Part shown: piece by piece, positions 53,520 through 63,698 of the stretch
How the letters are laid out: every line of letters begins with the position of its first letter
Position numbering within the stretch: the stretch's first letter is position 1
Source of the DNA: Prolixibacteraceae bacterium
GTDB taxonomy: Bacteria > Bacteroidota > Bacteroidia > Bacteroidales > Prolixibacteraceae
Length of the DNA: 64,000 bases
NCBI GenBank assembly: GCA_030602265.1
Contig: JAUWAB010000012.1
Location: forward strand, 5,923-69,922
Direction: 5' to 3'
Translations under genes and position numbers: made by a program
The notes under the pieces: generated by a model
What the model was told of the DNA's origin: nothing
Seen by the model: only the letters and a program-made list of their open reading frames with translations
Databases searched by the model: none

Positions 53520-55886
53520 ATGTGCATGAGGAATCCATTTAGCAGATGGTCGTGGATCTGGATCTGCCTGACTTTCTGCCTGCCATATAATCTGTTAGCC
53601 GGGGAGGCTCCCGACCGGTCCCTGATATCGGTCAGCGGCTACGTGCGCGATGCGGCCACGGGCGAGATGCTGATCGGTGCATCGGTGGCCATCCGCTCAA
53701 CCGGAGGCGGTACACTCACCAATGCATACGGTTATTACTCTCTCCGGGTCCAGCCCGGCCGGATCAGACTTTCCTTCTCCTACCTGGGCTATACCATGGC
53801 TGACCTCGAATTGCAGGTTTCACGCGATACTCTGGTGAGCGTAGACCTTAAACCCCTGGACCTCATGATCTCAGAAGTAATTGTCCGGGGAGAAAATTTC
53901 AACGACAACCTGCTGAAACCGCAGATTGGGGTTGCCCGCCTCGATATCCGGAACATCCGCCAGATTCCTGCCTTCTTGGGTGAAGTGGATGTAATCAAAG
54001 CCATCCAGTTGCTTCCAGGGGTACAGGCCACATCCGAGGGCGGCTCAGGGTTTAGCGTCAGGGGCGGCAGTCCCGACCAAAACCTCATCCTCCTGGATGA
54101 AGCCACGGTGTATAATCCCTCCCACCTGATGGGGTTCTTCTCCGTCTTCAACAACGACGCCGTAAAGAGCGTTGAGCTGAGCAAGGGCGATATCCCCGCT
54201 GAATATGGCGGCAGGCTATCCTCTGTGGTCGACGTCAGGATGAATGATGGAAACATGCGGCAATTTCGCGGCCAGGGCGGAATCGGAACCATCTCCTCCA
54301 GGCTGATGTTGGAAGGTCCCATCCAACAGGACAAGTCCTCATTCATGCTTTCAGGCCGGCGAACCTACGCCGACCTCTTCCTTATATTTGCCAAAGATGA
54401 ACAACTGCGTAACAACTCCCTCTTTTTTTATGATCTGAACGGAAAGGCCAACTATGTCATCAATGACCGGAACCGGCTGTTTCTGTCGGGATACCTGGGC
54501 AACGACATTTTCAGGAATGAAAATTTCGGAGTAGGTTGGGGAAACCAGACGGCTACCCTCCGGTGGAACCACCTCTTCAGCAATGCCCATTTTTCAAATT
54601 TCTCACTGATATGGTCGGGATTCTATTACAGCCTGGGCATCCCGAAGAATCAGCCCAATTCCTTTGAATGGAGGGCATCTATGGAAGATCTGTCCCTGAA
54701 AGGGGACTTTACCTGGTATGCTGATCAGGGAAATACCCTTCGATACGGTTTTTCCGGAACCCGGCACCATTTCATACCCGGCAGGGTACAGGGCACCGGA
54801 ACCGACTCACCGTGGGTAACCATTGAAATACCCACCAACCAAGCACTTGAGGGGGGATTATACGCCACCCACGAACTTCGGATCGGGCAGACATTGGTCT
54901 TAAAATATGGTCTCAGGATCAGCCTTTTCGCCAACAGCGGTGAATCTACCGTCTACAGTTACAATGAAAATTTTGAAAAAACCGATTCCATATACTACCG
55001 CCAGGGTGAATTGTACAACAGTCAGGCTGCCCTCGAACCCAGGATCAGCCTCGCCTACCGGTTTTCGCCCAATACTTCATTCAAGGCTGCCTACAACCGG
55101 AACATACAGTACATCCACCTTGCAAGAAACTCCACTGCCGGAACGCCCCTTGACATTTGGTTTCCCTCTTCCCCTAATATAAAACCGCAGATTGGGGACC
55201 AGTATTCGGCCGGACTATTTCGCAATTTTCCGCGCCCCGGACTGGAGACCTCGCTGGAAGGATTCTATAAAACGAACCATCGGGCAATCGATTTCAAGGA
55301 CCATGCAGAACTGCTCCTCAACGAAAACCTGGAGGAAGAACTGCGGTTCGGAAAGGCCTGGGCATACGGACTGGAAGCCCTGATAAGGCTTAACGAAGGG
55401 AAAATGAACGGATGGGTAAGTTATACCTGGTCCCGCACTTTCAGGGAAATTCCACGGATTAACGGTGGGAAGCGTTATCCGGCCAGTTATGATCGGCCGC
55501 ACGATGTCTCTTTGGTCTTCAACTATGATTTTAGCCGGCGGCTGAGTGCAGGACTTAACTGGGTATATGCCACCGGATCGCCGGTGACATTTCCCACCGG
55601 AAGATTTACCATTGGCAGTACCATTGCCCCCGTGTATTCAGACCGGAATGCCTACCGTTTGCCCGATTACCACCGGCTCGACCTCTCCGTTACGCTCCGG
55701 GGAAAAGAAAAACCTGGCCGCAGATGGAACGGGGAATGGAACCTCGCCGTATACAATGCCTATTACAGGAAAAATCCGTGGGTGATCAATTTTGTAGCCG
55801 ATCCTGACATACCTAACCTTACCCATGCCGAAATGACCTATCTTTTCGGAATTCTTCCGGCGATTTCCTATAACTTTAAATTCTGA
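53520..55886 (+). CDS. TonB-dependent outer-membrane receptor (CarboxypepD_reg plus plug plus barrel, non-SusC type).
   Basis: It has a signal peptide and the N-terminal ISVSGYVRDAATGEMLIGASVAI. Plug motifs are FLGEVDVIKAIQLLPGVQ and GFSVRGGSPDQNLILLDEATVYN. The terminal strand is ISYNFKF. Confidence 0.9.
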   Translation: MCMRNPFSRWSWIWICLTFCLPYNLLAGEAPDRSLISVSGYVRDAATGEMLIGASVAIRSTGGGTLTNAYGYYSLRVQPGRIRLSFSYLGYTMADLELQVSRDTLVSVDLKPLDLMISEVIVRGENFNDNLLKPQIGVARLDIRNIRQIPAFLGEVDVIKAIQLLPGVQATSEGGSGFSVRGGSPDQNLILLDEATVYNPSHLMGFFSVFNNDAVKSVELSKGDIPAEYGGRLSSVVDVRMNDGNMRQFRGQGGIGTISSRLMLEGPIQQDKSSFMLSGRRTYADLFLIFAKDEQLRNNSLFFYDLNGKANYVINDRNRLFLSGYLGNDIFRNENFGVGWGNQTATLRWNHLFSNAHFSNFSLIWSGFYYSLGIPKNQPNSFEWRASMEDLSLKGDFTWYADQGNTLRYGFSGTRHHFIPGRVQGTGTDSPWVTIEIPTNQALEGGLYATHELRIGQTLVLKYGLRISLFANSGESTVYSYNENFEKTDSIYYRQGELYNSQAALEPRISLAYRFSPNTSFKAAYNRNIQYIHLARNSTAGTPLDIWFPSSPNIKPQIGDQYSAGLFRNFPRPGLETSLEGFYKTNHRAIDFKDHAELLLNENLEEELRFGKAWAYGLEALIRLNEGKMNGWVSYTWSRTFREIPRINGGKRYPASYDRPHDVSLVFNYDFSRRLSAGLNWVYATGSPVTFPTGRFTIGSTIAPVYSDRNAYRLPDYHRLDLSVTLRGKEKPGRRWNGEWNLAVYNAYYRKNPWVINFVADPDIPNLTHAEMTYLFGILPAISYNFKF

Positions 55887-55890
55887 CCGG

Positions 55891-56742
55891 ATGCGAGAAA
55901 TAAAGAAATATACCATCATTTGGGGAGCCATTTTTCTGCTGGCAGCCTGGGGCTGTACCGAACGGATCACCATTGAACTGGATGAAACCAATACCCGCCT
56001 GGTGGTTGACGGGGGCATCAGCAACGAGCCCGGGCACCATATGATCAGGCTGACCACAACCTCCGGCTTTTTCAGCAACCAGGAGCCACAAGGGGTAAGA
56101 GGGGCAGTGGTTCATCTGATTTACGACAACAAACCGGTTCTGCTGACCGAATATTCAGGAGTCAGGGGATTTTATGCATTACCGGTGGTTTATGCAGCAG
56201 AACCCGGGAAAACCTATACCCTGGATATCCGGCTACAGGCTCCTATCGGCGGATCGGCAAGGTACAGCGCACAAACCACTATGCCGGTTACCAATTTCCG
56301 GCTCGACTCTATCCAGATGGAGTATAATGCCCCTTATGATTTCTGGCTGGTGAAAGTTTATGCACAGGATCCGCCTACCAAAGACTTTTATAAGTTCGAA
56401 ACCTTCCTGAACAGTGTTTCGGGGAATGACACCACCATGCGGGTAACAGCCACACCCGACCGGTTTTTCAACGGCCGCAACACCAACGGTTTCGCTGTAG
56501 CTTTTTTTGACGGGGAAATACTTTCTGCCGGGGATACCTTAACCCTGGTCATGTCGGCCATCACAGAAGATTATTATCAGTTCTACTCGGAACTGCGCAA
56601 TGAGTCCGGATACAAAAATCCACTCTTTTCAGGCCCTCCGGCCAATATTCGTTCCAACCTTAAGGAAGGCGGACTCGGGTACTTCTCTGCAAGGAAGATA
56701 GAGAAGGCAAGTGTTACTGTACCCGACTGGCGAAAGAAATAA
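55891..56742 (+). CDS. DUF4249-like lipoprotein partner of the TonB receptor.
   Basis: The lipobox is LLAAWGC. It starts 4 nt after the receptor stop. The size and context match the TBDR plus DUF4249 pairs common in Bacteroidota. I assigned the family from context and memory. Confidence 0.65.
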   Translation: MREIKKYTIIWGAIFLLAAWGCTERITIELDETNTRLVVDGGISNEPGHHMIRLTTTSGFFSNQEPQGVRGAVVHLIYDNKPVLLTEYSGVRGFYALPVVYAAEPGKTYTLDIRLQAPIGGSARYSAQTTMPVTNFRLDSIQMEYNAPYDFWLVKVYAQDPPTKDFYKFETFLNSVSGNDTTMRVTATPDRFFNGRNTNGFAVAFFDGEILSAGDTLTLVMSAITEDYYQFYSELRNESGYKNPLFSGPPANIRSNLKEGGLGYFSARKIEKASVTVPDWRKK

Positions 56743-56744
56743 GG

Positions 56745-57335
56745 AAGAGGTTTCATTTATTATTGATTAATGATTATTTATTATTTGCGCCGGGATGTAA
56801 CGTTTTGATATACAACATAATAACACTGCTGTTATTATCATTACTGATCACCGATTACCGTTTACCGTTTACTGATTACTGATTACTGATTACTGATTAC
56901 TGGTCACCGATTACTGATTACCGATCACCGATCACCGGAGGCAGGGTGACCACACAGGAGGGCAACCGCGAGGGTTGCCCCTACGCCGTTTTTCATAGGG
57001 AGGTTCGGTTTCCGGTCCCCGGTCCCCGGTTTCCGGGGTGTTACCCCGGGTTATTGTAAGGGCGCCCTTACAGGGCGTGTGTCCTCAGGGGAGGGATCTG
57101 ATCCTGCCTGGCTACCGATATATTGATCCTACGGATCATTTCCAGCCAGTTACGTTGCATTACCGATTACTGTTTACCGTTTACCGTCTACCGTTTACTG
57201 ATTACCGTTTACCGTCTACCGTTTACTGATTACTGATTACCGTTTACCGTTTACTGATTACTGATTACTGATTACTGATTACCGTTTACTGATTACCGTT
57301 TACTGATTACCGTTTACCGATCACCGGCTGTGCTC
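56745..57335 (-). repeat. Mosaic heptamer-repeat element, copy 2 (inverted and expanded).
   Basis: Read on the + strand, the modules are: ATTATTT-type units (56755-56786); GATGTAACGTTTTGAT (56794-56809, reverse complement of ATCAAAACGTTACATC); GATTACT/GTTTACC/GATCACC arrays (56841-56938); hairpin GGGCAACC-gcgag-GGTTGCCC (56960-56980); CGGTCCC/CGGTTTC units (57006-57038); the 16-nt palindrome GTAAGGGCGCCCTTAC (57056-57071); and a second long array (57160-57327). Confidence 0.85.
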
Positions 57336-57339
57336 CGAT

Positions 57340-58146
57340 TCAGGGTTCCGTTTCCAGCAGATGAGGATTCTGGATGATATACTTGAGATACCTGAACAGC
57401 CGGCCGCCGTGCGATCCGTCGCAAACCCGGTGATCCAGGGCAGACCCCAGCCACATAACTTTCCGTGGAACAACTTCATCATTCACCACCCAGGGCCTTT
57501 TATTAACTGCACCCAGCATGAGGACAAACGCGATATTGGAGGTTGGCATCAGGGAGGGAAATCCCAGGTCAAGCCCCAACGTGCCTACATTGGATACCAC
57601 AAACGAGCCAAAACTGTTGGGAGTAAGCCCCAGGCTCTTTATCGACAGCCCGTGTTTCACGGTGAAGAATTTCAGCACATTAAATATCCATCTCCTGAAA
57701 GGCCAGGGTATGGCCGCAAGACGGCCTTTCATGTCCATCGTCTTGTTTTCGTTCCCGCCACGTGCACTCTTTATCTGATTAGCCATTATCTCAGCCGCCT
57801 GATCAATGGTTACCCGGTCGGCATTTTCAATCTTTACCGAACCCATTTCAGATCCGTCGAGCAGTACACTGACCATGGCATCAATCTGAGGCCTCTTTTT
57901 AATTTTTCCGCGGACCATATAAACATTCAGTTCGGGTACCTCAAATTTCAAAGCCCGCGCGGCGGCCAGGGTAAGTACATGGGTAACCGTTATCTTTACC
58001 CCTTGCTTCCTCTTGGCTGCCACATATGCTTCCAGATCGGTAACATCCACTTCAGACATGCCCAGTATCTTGGAATCGCTCGTCCGGGTGTAAATGGCCG
58101 AGGCAACCATCCTCCAGTCGTTGTTCAGATCAATCGTTGTTCTCAC
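57340..58146 (-). CDS. Stand-alone 2-oxoacid dehydrogenase E2-type acyltransferase catalytic domain.
   Basis: 268-aa ORF with a GTG start. The catalytic motif is LDHRVCDGSHGG (DHRxxDG). There is no lipoyl or E3-binding domain. Confidence 0.78.
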   Translation of the reverse strand: MRTTIDLNNDWRMVASAIYTRTSDSKILGMSEVDVTDLEAYVAAKRKQGVKITVTHVLTLAAARALKFEVPELNVYMVRGKIKKRPQIDAMVSVLLDGSEMGSVKIENADRVTIDQAAEIMANQIKSARGGNENKTMDMKGRLAAIPWPFRRWIFNVLKFFTVKHGLSIKSLGLTPNSFGSFVVSNVGTLGLDLGFPSLMPTSNIAFVLMLGAVNKRPWVVNDEVVPRKVMWLGSALDHRVCDGSHGGRLFRYLKYIIQNPHLLETEP

Positions 58147-58312
58147 GTGAAAGTATTTTTATGATTCTCTAAAAGTAGTATTTTTTTATTTGAACTCCGG
58201 ATGGCTGGGATGCCCAATACCGGCCCGGCCATATCTTGCGGAAGGTCACGAAACATAACCGTGACATTCCGTTTGTTTCAATTTCAGCGTAAAAGAAATA
58301 AACTTTTAACCG

Positions 58313-59701
58313 CTACGGTAAAAACGGATACTTTTTTTTCAGGTTTTCCAAACCTTTTATGGCCTGTGCAGGCAGACGCTCTCCCTCATTACCGAATACC
58401 TTCATTTCATCCGGACTTTGTATTTTACAGCCACTCTCGTCGATTTCGCCCGATTTACCGGTAACCGGTCCCAACGAAAGACCAAGGTTAGCAGCAAGAA
58501 ACCGGTAAACCGCCGCTCTTTTCGATGGTCCATAGTCGTGACCCTCATCCGGAAGATGAACATTTTGAACCAGGTCCTGCCTGCCATAGAATTCATAAAC
58601 CGACCGGACATAAGGGTACTCCACCTCCGGATTGGTGGAAGTCCAGTCCTGCCCGTTGGAAATCAGGAGCATCGGCCTGGGTGCGGCCATGGCAGCTATT
58701 TCCACATTGTTGGTGCCCAGCGGGCCGCAGTCATGGAGAGGCATTCCGCTCTCACAGGTACAGCCGCCATAAAACCATGAGGACACCATCACCACCGGCA
58801 CACTCACCGATATTCGCGGATCGAGCGCTGTAGCCAGGAAAGTCTGGGTACCCCCGCCCGAAGCGCCGGTCATGGCAATCCTGCCGTTATCCACATCCGG
58901 AAGAGCGGTCAGAAAATCAATTACCCGGATGGAATTCCAGGTCTGCACTACCTGGGCGACAGGGGTACGGTGGTCCTCAAAATCAAACTGAAGGAGCGAC
59001 TCATTTTTGGCAAACATATCGTAGCTGAAAACCACAGCCCCCATTCTGGCCAGGGTTGCCGCCAACAACTGCGACTCCTCCCCGTAGCGTTGCAGCTCAA
59101 AATGGCCCTGTGCCAGCAAAACCGCCGGGAACGGGCCCCTTCCCTTTGCCGGGCGGTAAAGCGTTCCGTTCAGGAACAGTCCGGGCATCGTTTCAATCGC
59201 CACATTTTCCGTGGTATAGCCGTTATGTTTGATCCTTGACGTATATACAGGATTCAGAGGATTCCTGTCAGGCCAGGGATTCAGGTTCAACTTTTCCCGG
59301 ATACATTCCTGAAGACTTGATTTATGTCTCTCCCACTGCTGAAGATCAGCATACTGAGACTTCAGCCGGTCAAGATGTTTTGCGCCCTCCTCAGGAGACC
59401 TGCGGTGATACTGAAAGGCAGAAATCTCATACACCCCCTTGCTGTTCACATTATAAACCATATCCAGGGGGCCCAGGACAAGGTTCAGCGTTGCATCAGC
59501 ATCATCCCTGAAACGCCAGAAGGCGTGGCTGACAACCTTATCTCTTACCAGGTTATTACTGTAGGAAAGCTTTATGCCATAGCGGGTTTCGATTTCCGTG
59601 AGCACTTCTGTCAGGGGTTTCTCGCCCGCCGGACTGGTTTGCGCATGGATTTTCCAGGTAAAAACAGTCAGGAGCAGCATATAAAACAGATGCCTTTTCA
59701 T
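58313..59701 (-). CDS. Secreted alpha/beta-hydrolase (esterase/peptidase-like).
   Basis: The ATG at 59701 gives MKRHLFYMLLLTVFTWKIHAQ (signal). The nucleophile elbow is MTGASGGGTQTF. The subfamily is not resolved. Confidence 0.7.
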   Translation of the reverse strand: MKRHLFYMLLLTVFTWKIHAQTSPAGEKPLTEVLTEIETRYGIKLSYSNNLVRDKVVSHAFWRFRDDADATLNLVLGPLDMVYNVNSKGVYEISAFQYHRRSPEEGAKHLDRLKSQYADLQQWERHKSSLQECIREKLNLNPWPDRNPLNPVYTSRIKHNGYTTENVAIETMPGLFLNGTLYRPAKGRGPFPAVLLAQGHFELQRYGEESQLLAATLARMGAVVFSYDMFAKNESLLQFDFEDHRTPVAQVVQTWNSIRVIDFLTALPDVDNGRIAMTGASGGGTQTFLATALDPRISVSVPVVMVSSWFYGGCTCESGMPLHDCGPLGTNNVEIAAMAAPRPMLLISNGQDWTSTNPEVEYPYVRSVYEFYGRQDLVQNVHLPDEGHDYGPSKRAAVYRFLAANLGLSLGPVTGKSGEIDESGCKIQSPDEMKVFGNEGERLPAQAIKGLENLKKKYPFLP

Positions 59702-59848
59702 AAACAAAATGATTTAGTAAATTAAAGCTGAACCGACAGCGTACTTCAGGATAATACTTTCTACCGGCAGATTCATGATACCTATCGGATAATGCCCCTA
59801 AAAATAAGCAATTTCGAAGCAGAAACGCTCCATTTCACACCAAATTAC

Positions 59849-59856
59849 TATTTTTG
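59849..59856 (+). promoter_or_regulatory. Candidate -7 box TATTTTTG for the GH43 gene.
   Basis: It matches TAnnTTTG and lies 28 nt upstream of the ATG at 59884. This argues against the TTG track start at 59854. Confidence 0.4.
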
Positions 59857-59883
59857 AATATCCGGGAAATAAACAATACTGAC

Positions 59884-61617
59884 ATGAACTACAACCGAAA
59901 AGGTAAACTCAGGTACGTCGGGCCTGTTTTCATCCTGCTCCTGAACCTGGCCTGCCATTCGTGCATAAACCAGGGTACCGACAAGGGAATTGCCAGGTTT
60001 CACTGGTTCAATTATGAAGGGCACGATCCATTCTATCAGCAAAACCTACTGACTGTCAACGAATTTTACAATCCTATCCTGTCGGGTTTCTACCCCGATC
60101 CGAGCATTTGCCGCAAAGGAGATGACTTTTATATGGTCACCTCCACATTTTCATGGTATCCCGGAGTCCCGGTTTTTCACAGCAGGAACCTGGTCGACTG
60201 GGTGCAAACCGGACATGTGTTGAACCGGCCATCACAGTTGAACCTCGACGGACTTCAGGTCTCCGAGGGCATATTTGCCCCGGCGATTGAATATAATCCA
60301 TACAATGATACCTTCTATATGATCACCACACTGGTCGGGAAAGGTGGCAATTTTGTGGTAACGACCAAAGATCCGTCCGGCCCGTGGAGTGACCCGTTTC
60401 CTCTTCCTGAGGTACCGGGCATAGATCCCTCCCTGTTTTTCGATGACGACGGAAAGGCCTATATCGTGCATAACGCCGAACCGGAAGGCCCGGCCCTGTA
60501 CGACGGCCATCGGGCATTGTGGATCAGGGAGTTCGATGTAACTTCAAACAAAGTTACCGATTCCTGTAAAATGGTCGTCGACGGCGGTGTCGACTTCACC
60601 ACAAAACCCATCTGGATTGAAGCGCCTCATCTCTACAAGATCAACGGCACCTATTACCTGATGGCCGCTGAGGGCGGTACCGGCGATCAGCACTCCGAAG
60701 TGATCTTCACGAGCCCGGACGTGTGGGGACATTACACCCCGATGAATATCAATCCTATACTGACCCAGCGGGATCTGCCCGAAGGAAGGCCTTTTCCCGT
60801 AAGCTCCACGGGGCATGCCGATATCATTGAAGCACCCAACGGAGAATGGTATGCCGTCTTCTTAGGTTGCCGGCCTTATGAGGCGGGCTACTACAATACA
60901 GGCCGGGAGACCTTCCTGCTGCCGGTTAGCTGGCACGACAGCGTCCCGGTGATCCTGCCGCAGGGCATGCCGGTTCCGCTGAAACTGAAACGACCACAAG
61001 ACCTGAAAGACCTGGACAACCGCAACTATTTTCCATCGGGCAATTTTGTGCAGTACGATGATTTTACCCTTAATTATCTGGCGCCATGCTGGAACTTTCT
61101 CCGTACACCCCGCGAAGTATGGTACTGGATCACACGGTCGGAACTCAGGTTAAAATGCAGGACAGCCAACATCCGCTCACGGGAAAATCCTTCGATGGTT
61201 GCCCGCCGGCAGCAGCACCAGAATTTCAGTGCCTCGCTGGGCATGACCTTTGAACCCGAAAACGACGGACAAAAAGCCGGACTGGTCTGTTTCCAGAACG
61301 AAAACCATAACTACTTTCTGGGCGTTAAGAACCGAAATAACCGGATGGAGGTATTCCTGGAAAAGAGTGTCCTGAAAGATGGCAAGCCCATGGCGGAAGT
61401 AATCGCTTCACAGATAACCGGATTGAAACCCGGTAAAAAGATTTACCTGAAAGTGACAGGGGAAATGCCACATCTCCACTTCTGCTATTCAACCAATGGA
61501 AGAAGCTGGAAAAGCCTCATCGAAAACCAGGATGCCCGGTACCTGAGTACCGCCGCAGCCGGTGGCTTTGTGGGAACATACCTCGGGATGTATGCCGTGG
61601 AGGAAACGGTGGAGAAT

Positions 61618-61629
<12 letters not shown>
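59884..61629 (+). CDS. GH43 beta-xylosidase/alpha-L-arabinofuranosidase with a C-terminal beta-sandwich domain.
   Basis: The N-terminal propeller motifs are NPILSGFYPDPSICRKGDDFYMVTSTF, APHLYKINGTYYLMAAEGGT and GHADIIEAPNGEWYAVFLG. The last four codons and the stop lie inside repeat copy 3. Confidence 0.9.
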
Positions 61630-61871
<242 letters not shown>

Positions 61872-61882
61872 CAGTCTGATTC

Positions 61883-62824
61883 GTGGACATTAATAATTTA
61901 ATCAAACAAAAGGCCCGTAACCTGGGTTTCCTCGATTGCGGAATCCTCCCGGTGGAAGAACTCACCGGCGAGGCGGAGCATTATGCCGCCTGGATAAAGG
62001 AGGGTATGCACGGGGAGATGGCTTACATGGAGCGCAATACCGATAAACGGCTGAATCCCGGACTGCTGTTCGAAAATGCCCGGACCATCATTGTCGTCCT
62101 GCAGAGTTATGCCACCCACACGGTTCAGGAGGATCCCGAAGCACCGGTCCTATCAAAATACGCATATGGCACCGACTACCATTTTATAATGAAAGAAAAA
62201 CTACGTCAGCTGCTGGAATACATCCGGGAGGAAATAGTCTCCTGCAACGGGCGGCCGTTTGTAGATTCGGCACCTGTACTGGAGCGGGCCTGGGCCAGGA
62301 GGGCCGGACTGGGCTGGATAGGCCGCCACAGCAACCTCATTTCGGTTACCCACGGAAGTTATTTCTTTATCGGCGAACTGATCATCGACGCGGAGCTTCC
62401 CTATGACGAACCCCGCCTGGTCAGGGACCACTGCGGTACCTGTACCCGGTGCGTCGATGCCTGCCCCACCCAAGCCATCGTGGCCGACCGCTTGGTGGAT
62501 GCCCGGAAATGTATCTCCTACCAGACCATCGAGCTCAAAGGCGACCTCGATCCGGCGTTAAAAGGGAAATTTGAAAACCGCGTATTCGGATGCGACATAT
62601 GTCAGGATGTTTGTCCGTGGAACCTGAAATCACAGCCCCACAACGAAGCAGCCTTCACTCCCTCACCGCAATTAATGGGCATGAGACGCGCCGACTGGTA
62701 CCGTCTCGACAAACCCGCATTCAACAAACTATTCAGAAATTCACCCGTAAAACGGACCGGCTTTAACGGGCTTCAGAGAAATTTACGCTTTATTGGCAGG
62801 GATGACAGCGAACAAGGAATATAA
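61883..62824 (+). CDS. queG: tRNA epoxyqueuosine(34) reductase.
   Basis: 313-aa ORF with a GTG start. The two 4Fe-4S motifs are CGTCTRCVDACP and CDICQDVCP. Other QueG-like motifs are VDSAPVLERAWARRAGLGWIG and FIGELI. Confidence 0.88.
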   Translation: MDINNLIKQKARNLGFLDCGILPVEELTGEAEHYAAWIKEGMHGEMAYMERNTDKRLNPGLLFENARTIIVVLQSYATHTVQEDPEAPVLSKYAYGTDYHFIMKEKLRQLLEYIREEIVSCNGRPFVDSAPVLERAWARRAGLGWIGRHSNLISVTHGSYFFIGELIIDAELPYDEPRLVRDHCGTCTRCVDACPTQAIVADRLVDARKCISYQTIELKGDLDPALKGKFENRVFGCDICQDVCPWNLKSQPHNEAAFTPSPQLMGMRRADWYRLDKPAFNKLFRNSPVKRTGFNGLQRNLRFIGRDDSEQGI

Positions 62825-63281
62825 ATTTCAGTGCGACATCCTGAGGGATCCGTCCGGGATCGGGTATATCGAATTTCCGTTCGATGTTGCACAGGAATTC
62901 GGCAACAGAAAGTCAATCCGGATAAAAGTCTGGTTCGAAGGATACTACGAACGAAAAAGCCTGCGCCCGAGCGGCCAGCAAAAACACAGGATCAGCCTGT
63001 CGGGTGTCGTCAGGGAGGCTATCGGAAAAAGTTTCGGGGATACCATCAGCGTGGTGGTGGAGGAAGACACCGAACCGAGAACGGTGAATGTCCCGGAATA
63101 TCTGCAATGGCTGTTGGACAATGAACCGGAGAGGAAGATAACCTTTGAAAAGATGCCTTATTCAGAAAAAAAATTCTTCACCGATTATATTATCCAGGCC
63201 AATTCTGATGACACACGGGTTGATCGTATTAATCTGTTGTTTGACCGCCTGGCCAGAAAAGGTGGATTAAAAAACCCCTGA
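62802..63281 (+). CDS. DUF1905 plus YdeI/OmpD-associated family protein.
   Basis: I take the ATG at 62802 as the start. The motifs GIGYIEFPFDVAQEFGNRKSIRIKVWFEG (DUF1905-like) and EKKFFTDYIIQANSDDTRVDRI (YdeI-like) support the call. Confidence 0.7.
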   Translation: MTANKEYKFQCDILRDPSGIGYIEFPFDVAQEFGNRKSIRIKVWFEGYYERKSLRPSGQQKHRISLSGVVREAIGKSFGDTISVVVEEDTEPRTVNVPEYLQWLLDNEPERKITFEKMPYSEKKFFTDYIIQANSDDTRVDRINLLFDRLARKGGLKNP

Positions 63282-63293
63282 TAGGGTGAAATA

Positions 63294-63324
63294 CCCCTGA
63301 CAGGGTTTCAAACCCTGTCAGGGG
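63294..63324. terminator. 15-bp perfect hairpin between convergent genes (probable bidirectional terminator).
   Basis: The sequence is CCCCTGACAGGGTTT-c-AAACCCTGTCAGGGG. It overlaps the stop codon of the minus-strand gene at 63318. Confidence 0.65.
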
Positions 63325-63698
63325 TGCTTGTTTCCGGAGGCCATTTTCATCGGAAGCAATACATTATCCACAAAAAGGATAAACAGCACAGCAACCAGCA
63401 GCTGGATCAGATAGGAGGCATTCCCGGTAAGAATTCCCTGCCAGGTTTCACGGTTATCCGGACTAAAAAAGTAAATAACCAGTCCGGCGACCAGCAGCCC
63501 GGCCAAAATCACCCCGGCATGAACCATAAACTGGATCAGCCTTTGCCGCTGTTCAATACGCTTAACGTACTCTCCGGCAACCCGTTCGGCAAAACCGGCA
63601 GGCAGGGTGAAAGGCATTTCCTCTCGAAGTGTCTGTTCAATAAACCGGTCATTTTCCGGCAACCGGTCAGTATCCTCTGAATATGGCGGCATTTTCAT
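63318..63698 (-). CDS. Putative anti-sigma factor (single-pass membrane protein).
   Basis: It lies immediately downstream of, and overlaps, an ECF sigma gene. It has a cytoplasmic N-terminus and two hydrophobic segments (AGVILAGLLVAGLVIYFF, LIQLLVAVLFILFV). The start is probably the ATG at 63698 or 63692. Confidence 0.5.
   Translation of the reverse strand: MKMPPYSEDTDRLPENDRFIEQTLREEMPFTLPAGFAERVAGEYVKRIEQRQRLIQFMVHAGVILAGLLVAGLVIYFFSPDNRETWQGILTGNASYLIQLLVAVLFILFVDNVLLPMKMASGNKHP

Noticed and set aside
57361-58164. 267-aa plus-strand ORF almost exactly mirroring the 268-aa minus-strand ORF.
   Set aside because: The minus-strand product carries the DHRVCDG acyltransferase motif and a normal composition. 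The plus-strand product is His/Pro/Arg/Gly-rich with no motif.
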